DNA from: an uncultured Desulfobacter sp.
Lineage (GTDB): Bacteria > Desulfobacterota > Desulfobacteria > Desulfobacterales > Desulfobacteraceae
Direction: 5' to 3'
Length of the DNA: 64,000 nucleotides
Assembly (NCBI GenBank): GCA_963665095.1
Contig: OY762069.1
Location: 4,224,001-4,288,000 of the forward strand
The notes below the pieces were generated by a model, which did no database searches, was not told the DNA's origin, and worked only from the letters and a program-made list of their open reading frames with translations. This document shows, in pieces, positions 10,262 through 19,834 of the stretch. The stretch's first letter is position 1. Each line of letters begins with the position of its first letter. Position numbers and translations under genes: made by a program.

Positions 10262-12511
10262 TCATGAACCTGCCGGCACAGCTGCCACCCGGCAGGGCAC
10301 ATATCTGTGAAGTGGGGTGCCCAGAGGGTCCCGGTGGGTATTCCGGGTCAACCGGTTTACATTAACACCGTAGGTCCGGCCCTTATATGTATAACCAAAT
10401 CCATGGGGCACCAGAACTGTGCCGGGCGCGGCAGCATCACTGACCTCCACCGGAAGTTCCTGGGAACCGGCCTGGGTAGTGATGTTTGCCATGTCCCCGT
10501 CCTTAAGCCCCAGGAGGTCCGCATCCAGGGGGTTGATCATCAGGGTGCAGTCCCGCCGGCCCCTGTTCCACTCAGGATTTCTCATCAGCGAGTTGATATT
10601 GTACTTAAAGTGCCGGCCTGCGTTAAGAACCAGGGGGAATTGCGACGAGCGCTGCAGGGCGCTTGACTCCGCTTCGGGGTTTAATCCCCTGGCAGCGTCA
10701 GCCAGTTCAGGGATATGAATTTCAATTTTCCCGGACGGGGTTTTAATGTGTGCCATTGGGTCATTCTCATCGGCTTTTCCCACCCACAATCCCTGGGGGG
10801 TCTCCAGCAGAGCCTGGAATATCTGATCGCCCTGGGTCAGATCAGATGCAAACCCGGCTCTTTCCGCATGGGCACTAAACTGCCCGGGGGCCGTCATGAG
10901 CATGCCCCAGAAGCCGGCTTTTGCCGCACTGTCCCAGACCTTGCCAAGGGTTTTGGCCAGAACAAAGGGCATGGTTTTAAGGGCCCTGGGCTCGGTGGCG
11001 GCCCAGGCCATCAAAGCCCCGCCAAAAGCCATGCGATCCCCCTGGGCCGCCTTGTATAAAGATTCCGGGATATCCGGTATCAGCCCTAAACGGTCTGCCA
11101 GAAGGGTATGAATCTGGGAAGCTTCCAGGCACTGGCCGGGGGGTGCCACCAGAGGGCGGCGAAGCTGACCAAATATTTCCGGCCAGGTCCAGGGGAAAAA
11201 GGTGGTGTCCCAGGATTCATAATAGGAACGGCACGGAAGCACATAGTCGGCCAGTGCCGCAGTCTCGCTCATGACAATATCGTTGACCACCAGCAGATCC
11301 AGCTGCCTGAACGCGTTTTCATAGGCCTGGGTATCGGGATAGGCCCGCAAAGGATTGCAGGCAGAGACATACACGGCCCGGACCCGGTCAGGATGGCCGG
11401 ATAAGATCTCCTCCGGCAGGACTGCCGGAGGAAAAGAACCGGCAGCAGCCGGCGGCATATCTGTGGCAAGGGTTTTCCAGATTTTTGGGTTCCGCTCATC
11501 CGCATGAAAGCCCATGGGCATGATCATGCCCGGAATCATGTTGCCCCCCGGTGTCTGAAAAACCCCGCAGACACTGCCCAGAATCGCCAGAAAATAGGAG
11601 TTAAGCGTGGAGTGACGGCCCATATAAATCCCTAAATCCTGGTGAAAACTCCAGCGCTTCTTAACCATCAGACGGCACAGGTTCTCAACCTCCCCCTGCG
11701 CCAGGCCGCATACCTCAAGGGCATGGGGCACATCAAACCCGTCAAACCAGGGTCGCACCTTATCCCAGCCATCCACAAATTTTTCCAGATATGCCCTGTC
11801 TTCCCATCCATGGCCCAGGATAATGGCAATCATGGCCTTGATGAGCAGGGCATCGGTGCCGGGACGAAGTGCCAGATGGATATCGGCAATCCGGGCGGTA
11901 TCGCTTTTCCGGGGATCAATCACCACCAGTTGCCGGTCCGGATCCGTGGCAATCTGTTTGAGTATCACAGGAGCCCGGGGCATCTGGTGGCTCTCCACAC
12001 CGTTCCATCCCCAGGCCACCAGCATCTGGGTATTGCGTTCATCCGGCTCGCTGATGTTGTACTGTTTGCCCATGACCCGGCCGGCCACCCACCAGACACC
12101 TGAAAATTCCTGGCCCGCAGAGGAGTAATAATACTGGGAGCCCATACCCCGTAACAGGCTTAGGCCAAAACCCGCCTCCATGTGCCCCCCCTGGGAGCTG
12201 CCCCCCACGTAAACCAGAGCGCGGGGCCCGTGCTGATCCACGGTGACTTTAATTTTATCTGCAATCTGGGCAATGGCATCGTCCCAGGAAATTTTTTCAA
12301 ACCGGCCGTTCACCTTTTTCAACGGGTGGGTGAGCCGGTCCTCCTGGTACTGGTGGTACAGGACATTAAGTCCTTTTCTGCAGACATATCCTTTACTGCG
12401 CAGGTTCTCTTTGTCCGGCAGCACTTTTGTCATCCGGCCGTTTTCAACAAAAATCTTCAGCCCGCAGTTCTGGGCGCACAATACACATCCGGTCTGGTGC
12501 CAGGTTCCCAT
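10262..12511 (-). CDS. Molybdopterin-dependent oxidoreductase (DMSO reductase superfamily), cytoplasmic
   Basis: N-terminal CVLCAQNC...C Fe-S motif; VIDPR, LRPGTD, SETAALADYVLP; C-terminal molybdopterin dinucleotide domain; no Tat signal. Confidence 0.9.
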   Translation of the reverse strand: MGTWHQTGCVLCAQNCGLKIFVENGRMTKVLPDKENLRSKGYVCRKGLNVLYHQYQEDRLTHPLKKVNGRFEKISWDDAIAQIADKIKVTVDQHGPRALVYVGGSSQGGHMEAGFGLSLLRGMGSQYYYSSAGQEFSGVWWVAGRVMGKQYNISEPDERNTQMLVAWGWNGVESHQMPRAPVILKQIATDPDRQLVVIDPRKSDTARIADIHLALRPGTDALLIKAMIAIILGHGWEDRAYLEKFVDGWDKVRPWFDGFDVPHALEVCGLAQGEVENLCRLMVKKRWSFHQDLGIYMGRHSTLNSYFLAILGSVCGVFQTPGGNMIPGMIMPMGFHADERNPKIWKTLATDMPPAAAGSFPPAVLPEEILSGHPDRVRAVYVSACNPLRAYPDTQAYENAFRQLDLLVVNDIVMSETAALADYVLPCRSYYESWDTTFFPWTWPEIFGQLRRPLVAPPGQCLEASQIHTLLADRLGLIPDIPESLYKAAQGDRMAFGGALMAWAATEPRALKTMPFVLAKTLGKVWDSAAKAGFWGMLMTAPGQFSAHAERAGFASDLTQGDQIFQALLETPQGLWVGKADENDPMAHIKTPSGKIEIHIPELADAARGLNPEAESSALQRSSQFPLVLNAGRHFKYNINSLMRNPEWNRGRRDCTLMINPLDADLLGLKDGDMANITTQAGSQELPVEVSDAAAPGTVLVPHGFGYTYKGRTYGVNVNRLTRNTHRDPLGTPLHRYVPCRVAAVPAGS

Positions 12512-12543
12512 ACATCCTCCTTGCTGATTGAATCTTCTGCTAT

Positions 12544-13605
12544 TTAGATGTTTCCCCTTTCCTGGGCCATTGTGAGGTACGTCGTAAATGTGTTTTCAGG
12601 CGGCACATATTGCTCCGCTTCCGCCTTTTTCACCAGGGCCAGAGCCCCGGACGGACAGACAGGCACACACACACCACAGCCGATACAGCGATCCAGGTTA
12701 ACAACAGCCGCATCATCCTCTATGACAATGGCATCCATGTGACAGCGGTCCATGCAGGCCTCACACCCGACACACTCATCCGCATCCACCCGGGCAAAAT
12801 AGTTGGAGTGTACTGCCTTTGCCGGCGCTTCAAGTTTTCTTAAATTCCCCAGCACCTGACAGCAGCAGCCGCAGCACATGCAGATATTGCCGGGCTCCTG
12901 GGCATTGCCGGGCTGGAGTACAAGTCCGGCCTCACGGCCCTTTTCAAGGATGGTCAGGGCCTCGTCCACATCAATGGAGCGGCCAAGACCGTTCCCCTCG
13001 TAATAATACGCCCCGGAACCAAATGAAAGGCATACCTCCACAGGATATTTGCAGGGTTGCCCCACCATGTCGTGCTCCTTGCGGCAGATGCAGTCACTGA
13101 CCACGATTTTCTTCTGTTTTTTAATAATTTCTTCAGCGGTCTCATAGGGCATGGTGGCCAGATCCACGGTCACCTCCTTTGCCACAGGTATGACACGCAG
13201 CTGTTTGGTTTTATGCTTAAGCCAGCTCTCTTTCATATAGTGGGGCAGATACTGATTCACATCCTTGATAAGCCCCTGGTTGAGCCGGTTGAGATTAAAC
13301 TCCCAGATACCGATCACAAACTGAATGGCCATGTATGAGGGGGAATCATCTTTTCCCGCCCGAAAGATCAATCCCTTCTTTGACATCTCCATTAACCTGG
13401 CACCTAAACTGTCCGGGTCCTTTTCCAGCCGCTCGGCAATCACCGGTACCGGTTCCGGCCACATATTCAGGCCCAGAACAATGGCGGCCTCTTCCTCAGT
13501 GAAAAGTCTTTCAAGAATTTTAATTTCCACGCCGGATTCTGTGGCCGGAAAACCTGCGGGCATTTTATCCAGATGCCGGGCCAGTTTTTTGAACAGTTCG
13601 GTCAT
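12544..13605 (-). CDS. Multi-cluster Fe-S protein with C-terminal 2x[4Fe-4S] ferredoxin domain
   Basis: CICR, CLSFG, ICMCCGCCC, CVGCEACMDRC and CIGCGVCVPVCP; ATG at 13605 after a GGGAG RBS. Confidence 0.88.
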   Translation of the reverse strand: MTELFKKLARHLDKMPAGFPATESGVEIKILERLFTEEEAAIVLGLNMWPEPVPVIAERLEKDPDSLGARLMEMSKKGLIFRAGKDDSPSYMAIQFVIGIWEFNLNRLNQGLIKDVNQYLPHYMKESWLKHKTKQLRVIPVAKEVTVDLATMPYETAEEIIKKQKKIVVSDCICRKEHDMVGQPCKYPVEVCLSFGSGAYYYEGNGLGRSIDVDEALTILEKGREAGLVLQPGNAQEPGNICMCCGCCCQVLGNLRKLEAPAKAVHSNYFARVDADECVGCEACMDRCHMDAIVIEDDAAVVNLDRCIGCGVCVPVCPSGALALVKKAEAEQYVPPENTFTTYLTMAQERGNI

Positions 13606-13710
13606 AGTAAGCTCCCTGCTTAAGTTGTGAAAAATTGAATGCAATACGATAGTTTCTACACAAAACCGTTATCCCTCTTTTACCTGTTGAAATGGAAAAA
13701 GGAAAGTGTC

Positions 13711-13740
13711 ATAAATGACAAATTATGTGCAATAAATGAC
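13711..13740. promoter_or_regulatory. Putative AraC-family tandem binding site in the divergent promoter
   Basis: ATAAATGAC direct repeat at 13711 and 13732, a 21 bp period. Confidence 0.5.
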
Positions 13741-13755
13741 TTTAGGAAGGGCTCT

Positions 13756-14748
13756 ATGAACCAGGTGAATATCAGTTTATGGGTAACAGAGGGCTGTCTG
13801 TCATCTGCGGTGCTAACGCTTCTGGACACCTTTACCATTGCCAACCACTGGTACAGCTATCTGAATAAACAAAGCCGGACGCCTTTGTTTAACGCACGCA
13901 TTGTCTCCACATCGGGCAGGCCTGTGACCGTGTCGGGCCATGTCCGGCTCACGCCGGAACTGGCCCTTGAAGAGATTGAACAAACCGACTGTGTGGTGGT
14001 GTCACCCATGCTGCCCCATGTGGACGCCATGCCCCGTGACCTGGATCAGCTTGCTGACTGGCTGAAAAAGCGAAAGACTGAGGGCACTGTGATCGCTTCG
14101 GTGTGCACCGGCACCTTTATTCTGGCCCAGGCAGGGCTTCTGGAGGGGAAAAAAGCCACTACCAACTGGCACTTTGCCCATTTTTTCAAGCGGCGCTACC
14201 CCGACGTCACACTTCTGCCCGAAGACATTCTTGTGGAAGACGACGGTGTTATCACCACAGGTGCGGCCACGGCCGTCAACAATCTGGCCATACACCTGAT
14301 CCGGCGGTTCAGCTCCCGGGAACTGGCATCGGTCTGCGCCAAGGCCCTGCTCATTGATGCCAGCCGCCTCACCCAGTCCCCCTACTCCATGTCCACCCCC
14401 TTTTACGGACACGGCGATGCCCAGGTGTTAAAGGCCCAGGAACTCATTGAAAACGACTACGCCCGGATCACCGGCATTGACGACATTGCCCGGGATGTGG
14501 GCATCAGTCCCAGACACTTCAAGCGGCGGTTTAAAAAGGCCACCGGAGACCTGCCCATCAAATACCTGCAGAAGGTAAGAATAGAAGCGGCCAAGGAGCA
14601 GCTTGAAACTACTGCCGGCAGTCTGGAGGAGATCACCTTAGCTGTAGGGTACAAGGATGTCAGCTCTTTTTGCCGGCTGTTTAAACAGCACACCCGGACC
14701 TCTCCGAAAAATTACAGAGAAAAATTTTATTATCGTCTTCATGCATAA
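13756..14748 (+). CDS. GlxA-family transcriptional regulator (DJ-1/PfpI domain plus AraC HTH)
   Basis: SVCTGTFILAQAGLLEGKKATTNW; C-terminal AraC HTH; start MNQV after AGGAAGG. Confidence 0.92.
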   Translation: MNQVNISLWVTEGCLSSAVLTLLDTFTIANHWYSYLNKQSRTPLFNARIVSTSGRPVTVSGHVRLTPELALEEIEQTDCVVVSPMLPHVDAMPRDLDQLADWLKKRKTEGTVIASVCTGTFILAQAGLLEGKKATTNWHFAHFFKRRYPDVTLLPEDILVEDDGVITTGAATAVNNLAIHLIRRFSSRELASVCAKALLIDASRLTQSPYSMSTPFYGHGDAQVLKAQELIENDYARITGIDDIARDVGISPRHFKRRFKKATGDLPIKYLQKVRIEAAKEQLETTAGSLEEITLAVGYKDVSSFCRLFKQHTRTSPKNYREKFYYRLHA

Positions 14749-14926
14749 ACCCTCCAGGGGGCGGCGTCAGGATAGATCAGACCCCTGACCCGTAGCGCCT
14801 GCACGGGCAGGATGGGAACTCACAGCCGGGCTGTAAAATTATATTCTTACCAAAGCCACATGAAACCCTCACAAATCTGTTATGAAATGCCTCCACACTC
14901 ATTTTTATTTTACAATCGGAGGAAAA

Positions 14927-16207
14927 ATGAAAAACATCCTGTTAGTAACCCTGGTCGCCATGCTTTGTGCATCCTGCGTTTCCCTGAACAAGAACATTGA
15001 TTCCGTGCCGGTGACCGGCGCGGGTCTACCCTACACAGTTCTGTCTACCCTGCCCAATGGAACGGAAATCAGAAACGGCGGATTTGGATCTTCTGCAGTG
15101 GCCCATCCCCAAAAGGACAACATGTTTTATGCGCTGACGGACAGAGGCCCCAATGCCACCTACAAAGGAAAGGCTGGAAAAGGAAAAAAATTTCCTGTCG
15201 CATCCTACAGCCCGCGTATCGGTCTTTTCAAGGTGAACAATAACGGTACTGTCACCATGGAAAAAGAGATTATCCTTAAAAATCCCCAGGGCACCCCCAT
15301 CACTGGTCTGCCAAACCCCAAAGGCAGAGGAACAACCGGTGAGATCCCCTATGATAATGACGGCAAGGTCTTAAGTTACGATAATTATGGCCTTGACGGG
15401 GAGGGAATTGTGGCTCTGAGAAACGGGGAATTCTGGATCAGTGATGAATATGGCCCGCATATGGTGCATTACAGCGCTGATGGCGTAGAGCTGGAAAGAA
15501 TCAGTCCGGTGGGCGTGGACACAGGAACCAGAAAGCTTCCCGCCGTCTTCAAAAGAAGGCGGGCCAACAGGGGAATGGAAGGCCTTGCCATTACACCGGA
15601 TGAAAAAACCCTGGTGGGCATCATGCAGTCCACCCTGTACAACCCCTCTAAAAAGAAAGTGACCAACCCCACGGTCACCCGGATTGTCACCTTTGACCTG
15701 GCAACGGCTAAAACCCATCAGTATCTTTACCGGCAGAACAGCAAATGGCTCTCCAACTCTGAAATTACCGCCATCAGCGACAAAGCGTTCCTGGTCATTG
15801 AAAGGGACGGCAAATTTTCAGGCAATGGCCCCGCCCAGAAACACATTTACAAGATCACCCTTGACGGTGCCACAGACGTCTCAGGCGATTTTTACGCCCC
15901 TGACGGCATGATGATTAACGGTAAAACCCTGGAGCAATGCACCTGGGAGGAGATCGGAAATACCGGCATCATTCCGGTTAAAAAGGAGCTGGTTGCGGAT
16001 GTGGTCAAAGCGATACCCAACCACTATCCCCACGAAAAAATGGAAGGGATCTGGCTGATCAATGACACCACCCTTGGCATCCTCAATGATGATGATTTTG
16101 CCGTATCCGTCAAAGACGACGAGGTTATCCAGAAAATCCTGCCCGGTGCCGGCACCATCGACAAAAATACCCTGTATATCATTGATCTGGACAGAACTGT
16201 CAAATAG
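14927..16207 (+). CDS. Lipoprotein of the esterase-like activity of phytase family (beta-propeller phosphatase-like)
   Basis: Signal peptide with probable lipobox Cys; ALTDRGPN, DGEG, WISDEYGP, NRGMEGLA, NDDDF motifs. Confidence 0.85.
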   Translation: MKNILLVTLVAMLCASCVSLNKNIDSVPVTGAGLPYTVLSTLPNGTEIRNGGFGSSAVAHPQKDNMFYALTDRGPNATYKGKAGKGKKFPVASYSPRIGLFKVNNNGTVTMEKEIILKNPQGTPITGLPNPKGRGTTGEIPYDNDGKVLSYDNYGLDGEGIVALRNGEFWISDEYGPHMVHYSADGVELERISPVGVDTGTRKLPAVFKRRRANRGMEGLAITPDEKTLVGIMQSTLYNPSKKKVTNPTVTRIVTFDLATAKTHQYLYRQNSKWLSNSEITAISDKAFLVIERDGKFSGNGPAQKHIYKITLDGATDVSGDFYAPDGMMINGKTLEQCTWEEIGNTGIIPVKKELVADVVKAIPNHYPHEKMEGIWLINDTTLGILNDDDFAVSVKDDEVIQKILPGAGTIDKNTLYIIDLDRTVK

Positions 16208-16234
16208 CTTCACCTCAATAAAAATCATTGCATC

Positions 16235-16265
16235 GCCTGTCCGCAAATAGTTTTTGCGGACAGGC
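16235..16265. terminator. Hairpin between convergent genes, probable terminator
   Basis: 13 bp stem GCCTGTCCGCAAA / TTTGCGGACAGGC. Confidence 0.6.
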
Positions 16266-16397
16266 CGAATTGGTTGATCATATGTTTTCAGACAGAAAGG
16301 CGAGATCGGTATTTTTAATACTCAGGGCATTTCCATTGCGGAACTGCGTTACGATATTTTTAGTGTTTGGACAAACACAGGGTTCTATCAGGCCGGA

Positions 16398-17075
16398 TCA
16401 GGACTCTTTTTGACCGGCCGTATCATAAAACTGTCTGATAAATGATTCCTGGACCTGGTAGGACCAGTGGACATCCTTGAGAACACTTGCGGCCTGTTCC
16501 GGATTTCCCTTTCTGAGATATTCGATATACCGCTCGTGTTCGTCACAATTTCGCAATTCCCACGCCTGAATATAACTCTGCCCCTGAAAGTCGTACAGCC
16601 TGTGTTTTATGGGCAGAATAAATTTTTTTAACAACAGGTTGTCAGACAGGTTATTCACTACATCGTGGAAAGCGATATTCGTTTTAAATAAACTGGAAAA
16701 ATTATCGTTTTTTATATCTTCGCGCATCTGGTCATTGAGCCGTTCCAGGCGCTGAATATGTGTGGGTCTTATCCGGTCAAAGGTGCCCACTACAATGGCG
16801 GCCTCAATAATACCGATGGCATCATAGGCATGCCTGACTTCATCAAGGGACAGGGCATTCACCATAACTCCACGCCGGGGCAGGATGGTGACAAACCCCT
16901 CCTGCTCAAGGTGGATCAGGGCGTCACGCAACGGGGTCTTGCTGATGCCAAGCTGATCGGCAATTTTGTTCAGGTTGATGGTTGACCCGGGCAAAAGCCC
17001 CCCTGTGATCATTTCATTTTTCAGGTATTCATATACCTGCTCCCGTAAAGAAGACACATTGAGCAGCGGCTTCAT
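16398..17075 (-). CDS. GntR-family regulator with FCD domain
   Basis: LGISKTPLRDAL...LPRRG winged HTH; NIAFH in the C-terminal domain. Confidence 0.9.
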   Translation of the reverse strand: MKPLLNVSSLREQVYEYLKNEMITGGLLPGSTINLNKIADQLGISKTPLRDALIHLEQEGFVTILPRRGVMVNALSLDEVRHAYDAIGIIEAAIVVGTFDRIRPTHIQRLERLNDQMREDIKNDNFSSLFKTNIAFHDVVNNLSDNLLLKKFILPIKHRLYDFQGQSYIQAWELRNCDEHERYIEYLRKGNPEQAASVLKDVHWSYQVQESFIRQFYDTAGQKES

Positions 17076-17325
17076 CTCTGTCCGTTCCTTGTGTTAGAAT
17101 GCCCATTGTTATGATCGAAAACCACCGGCCCGGCTTTCCACCCGTCTATACGGCAGAGGCGTTGTCCGGCATTGTGATTTGACAGTTAATATATCAGACA
17201 TCAGTTCCGGGTCAATAACCAAGCTTACTGGAAGACTGTCAATTTTCATCTTTTCTTCAGATTTTTGTGCCATACTGGTGTATAGTTGGCCGGCTGACGT
17301 TAATTTTAAAAAGAGTAAATTCGAT

Positions 17326-18240
17326 ATGATAGTAATTAATACCCTGTTTCCCCTCCTTGCAATGATGGCATTGGGCTGTTTCCTCAGACAAAGCGGCATC
17401 ACCTCTGATGAATTTTTAAAAACCCTGGACAAATTGGTGTATTATATCTTTTTCCCGGTCATGCTCTTCTGGAAAACATCCGGGACCACCGGGTCTGATC
17501 CTTCCGGTGTCGGGCTTGTTCTGTCCGGGGTCATTGCCGTAGCCATCGCTTCTGTTGCCAGCCTGTCATACATCGGAAAAGGCGGGGTGTCCCGTTATGG
17601 AGCGGGTTCCTTTTACCAGGCATGTTACCGGTTTAACACCTATATCGGCATGGCTGTTGTTCTTACCGTTCTAGGAGAAGAAGGCGTCAGGCTGTTCAGT
17701 ATTCTCATTGGCTGCATGATTCCCACCATTAATGTCATGGCTGTATCCGTTCTGATCTGGTACTCAGGTAAAAGCCCTTCGCTCGGCCGGCGCATGCGCT
17801 ACCTTCTTTGGGCAATAATCTCCAATCCGTTAATCCTAGGCTGTGCCGGCGGTCTTTTTTTGTCCCATACCGGGATAAAACTGCCGGTATTTATCAATAA
17901 CTCGTTTGCCCTGGTCTCCTCCATGACACTTCCCTTAGCCCTGATTTCCATGGGGGGCATATTAACCTTTTCCGGTATCACGCAGCATGGACGTGCCGCC
18001 TTTGCCGCAGCCGGCATAAAACTGATCATTCTGCCTGTGACAGGATTTCTTCTGCTCAAACTATTTGCCGTATCTGATCTGGCATTTAAAACGGGGATGA
18101 TCTATTTCTGCCTTCCCACCTCGACGGCCATTCACGTGCTCTCCGGCCAGCTGAACTCGGATGTGGAGCTTGCCTCCACAGCTGTCATGATATCAACGCT
18201 GGTGTCATTCATTTCCTTATCTGTGGCGTTGATTCTATAA
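17326..18240 (+). CDS. AEC family (auxin efflux carrier / malonate-type) transporter
   Basis: About 10 TM segments; LVYYIFFPVMLF, RFNTYIG, NPLIL, LPTS; start MIVIN. Confidence 0.88.
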   Translation: MIVINTLFPLLAMMALGCFLRQSGITSDEFLKTLDKLVYYIFFPVMLFWKTSGTTGSDPSGVGLVLSGVIAVAIASVASLSYIGKGGVSRYGAGSFYQACYRFNTYIGMAVVLTVLGEEGVRLFSILIGCMIPTINVMAVSVLIWYSGKSPSLGRRMRYLLWAIISNPLILGCAGGLFLSHTGIKLPVFINNSFALVSSMTLPLALISMGGILTFSGITQHGRAAFAAAGIKLIILPVTGFLLLKLFAVSDLAFKTGMIYFCLPTSTAIHVLSGQLNSDVELASTAVMISTLVSFISLSVALIL

Positions 18241-18247
18241 ATGAAAT

Positions 18248-18856
18248 TTAATCAAGGATTGATTTACAGTTTAATGATTTCAGAGTGGTCTCCTTGAAAG
18301 ACCGGGCCACAGATTCAATAAGATTGGGATCATCAAGGGAATTTTTCACGATACCAAACCCTTCCGACAGGGCAAGGATTTTAGCCGCTGCAATTCTTTT
18401 GTCTTCCACACTGGCAAGTCCGGTATTCTCCCATCCCACAATCTCTTCAACACCGAACTCAATAAATTTGAGCATCATGCCGCGTATTCTTTCCCGGATA
18501 TTTTCATCCCGGAATCCCATGGCATAACAGGACCAGAACACGGCGTCACGCTGGGGCCGGGTGCCGCTGGTATCAAACAGAATATCAAGCAGGGTCTCCA
18601 TACGTTCCCGGGGGTTGGTCAGTGATTCCAGTTCTTTCAGATAATGGTTCATGGAAGACTCATACAGGAAGTCCACCATTTCCATAATCAGGCCTTCCTT
18701 GCTCTTGAAATAGTGGATGAGCAGGCCGGAATTTACCCCCATGCGTTTGGCGATCTTGCCGATGGTCATTCCCTTGAAACCCTCTTCTTCCACAACTTTG
18801 TAGGTATGTCTCAATATTTCAGGTTTTCTGATGTGAGAGATACTTTTTCTGCCCAT
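18248..18856 (-). CDS. TetR-family regulator, BetI-like
   Basis: TIGKIAKRMGVNSGLLIHYFKSKE HTH. Confidence 0.88.
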   Translation of the reverse strand: MGRKSISHIRKPEILRHTYKVVEEEGFKGMTIGKIAKRMGVNSGLLIHYFKSKEGLIMEMVDFLYESSMNHYLKELESLTNPRERMETLLDILFDTSGTRPQRDAVFWSCYAMGFRDENIRERIRGMMLKFIEFGVEEIVGWENTGLASVEDKRIAAAKILALSEGFGIVKNSLDDPNLIESVARSFKETTLKSLNCKSILD

Positions 18857-18991
18857 GAAGTTATTCTGCCTTTTTATTGTTTACATGCTAATCAATCAAT
18901 TCAATATAGTTAGCCTGCCCTTTTTTGTCAAGGCACACTGCGGGCTCAACATCCCATGAATTTTTCAAATTTCAAACTCAATCTGTCAAAA

Positions 18992-19025
18992 TGTCTTGAC
19001 AACTTAACAAATCATTTTATACAAT
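18992..19025 (+). promoter_or_regulatory. Sigma70-type promoter with an overlapping HutC/GntR-like operator
   Basis: TTGACA (18996) - 18 bp - TACAAT (19020); near-palindrome TGTCTTGACA covers the -35 element. Confidence 0.5.
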
Positions 19026-19057
19026 CCCGCCAGAATTAATTTAACCTAAGGTCGGAC

Positions 19058-19786
19058 ATGCTGAACCCAGACTCACCCATCCCCTTGTACCACCAGCTTG
19101 CGGAACTGTTTCAGACCCGTATCCGGGAAGGGGTCTACGGACCCGGTCAGATGATTCCTTCGGAAACAGGTCTGGCAAAAACATTCGGTGTGGGCAGGCC
19201 CACAGTGCGTCAGGCCATGGATCTGCTGGTACAAAAAGGGCTTATCCAGAGGAAACGTGGATCCGGGACCTTTGTCAGGGAGCCCTCTCCGCAAATTGAT
19301 CTATTCTCTCTGGCCGGCACCTCAAAGGCTTTTTCAACCAGGGGTGTTCCCATTCAAAAAAAAATCACTGCCTCCTTAAAAAAGGATACCATTGAGGGCG
19401 ATGTGTCCAATCCCTTTCACGGGAAGCCGGCCTTTGCCATGTCCCGCCTGACCATGGCCCAGAATGAGCCGGTTCTGCTGGAAGATATTTTTCTGGATCC
19501 GGACTTGTTTGCGGGCATTGACAATATGGATCTGGAAAACCAGTCCCTGTCCCAGGTGGTGGCGGAGCGGTTTTACCTCACGCCCACCGACGGTACCCAG
19601 CAGTTCCAGGTGGAAGTGTTAGGGGAAAAACGGGCGCAGCTTCTTGGCTTGTCCGCCCTTGATCCCATCCTGGTGGTCCGGCGGCTTCTTAATTTTCCCA
19701 ATGCCCCCGGGGCAGTCTATTCCGTGCTTTTCTGCCGGACAGACCGATTTGCCTTTACCCAGACGATCCAGAATCAAAAACAGTAG
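19058..19786 (+). CDS. GntR-family regulator, HutC/UTRA subfamily
   Basis: PLYHQL...IPSE...FGVGRPTVRQA...RGSGTFV; UTRA-like C-terminus. Confidence 0.92.
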   Translation: MLNPDSPIPLYHQLAELFQTRIREGVYGPGQMIPSETGLAKTFGVGRPTVRQAMDLLVQKGLIQRKRGSGTFVREPSPQIDLFSLAGTSKAFSTRGVPIQKKITASLKKDTIEGDVSNPFHGKPAFAMSRLTMAQNEPVLLEDIFLDPDLFAGIDNMDLENQSLSQVVAERFYLTPTDGTQQFQVEVLGEKRAQLLGLSALDPILVVRRLLNFPNAPGAVYSVLFCRTDRFAFTQTIQNQKQ

Positions 19787-19834
19787 CGATATGAACAAAA
19801 AATTTTTTAGACGCCATCTTATGGAGGCACAGAT

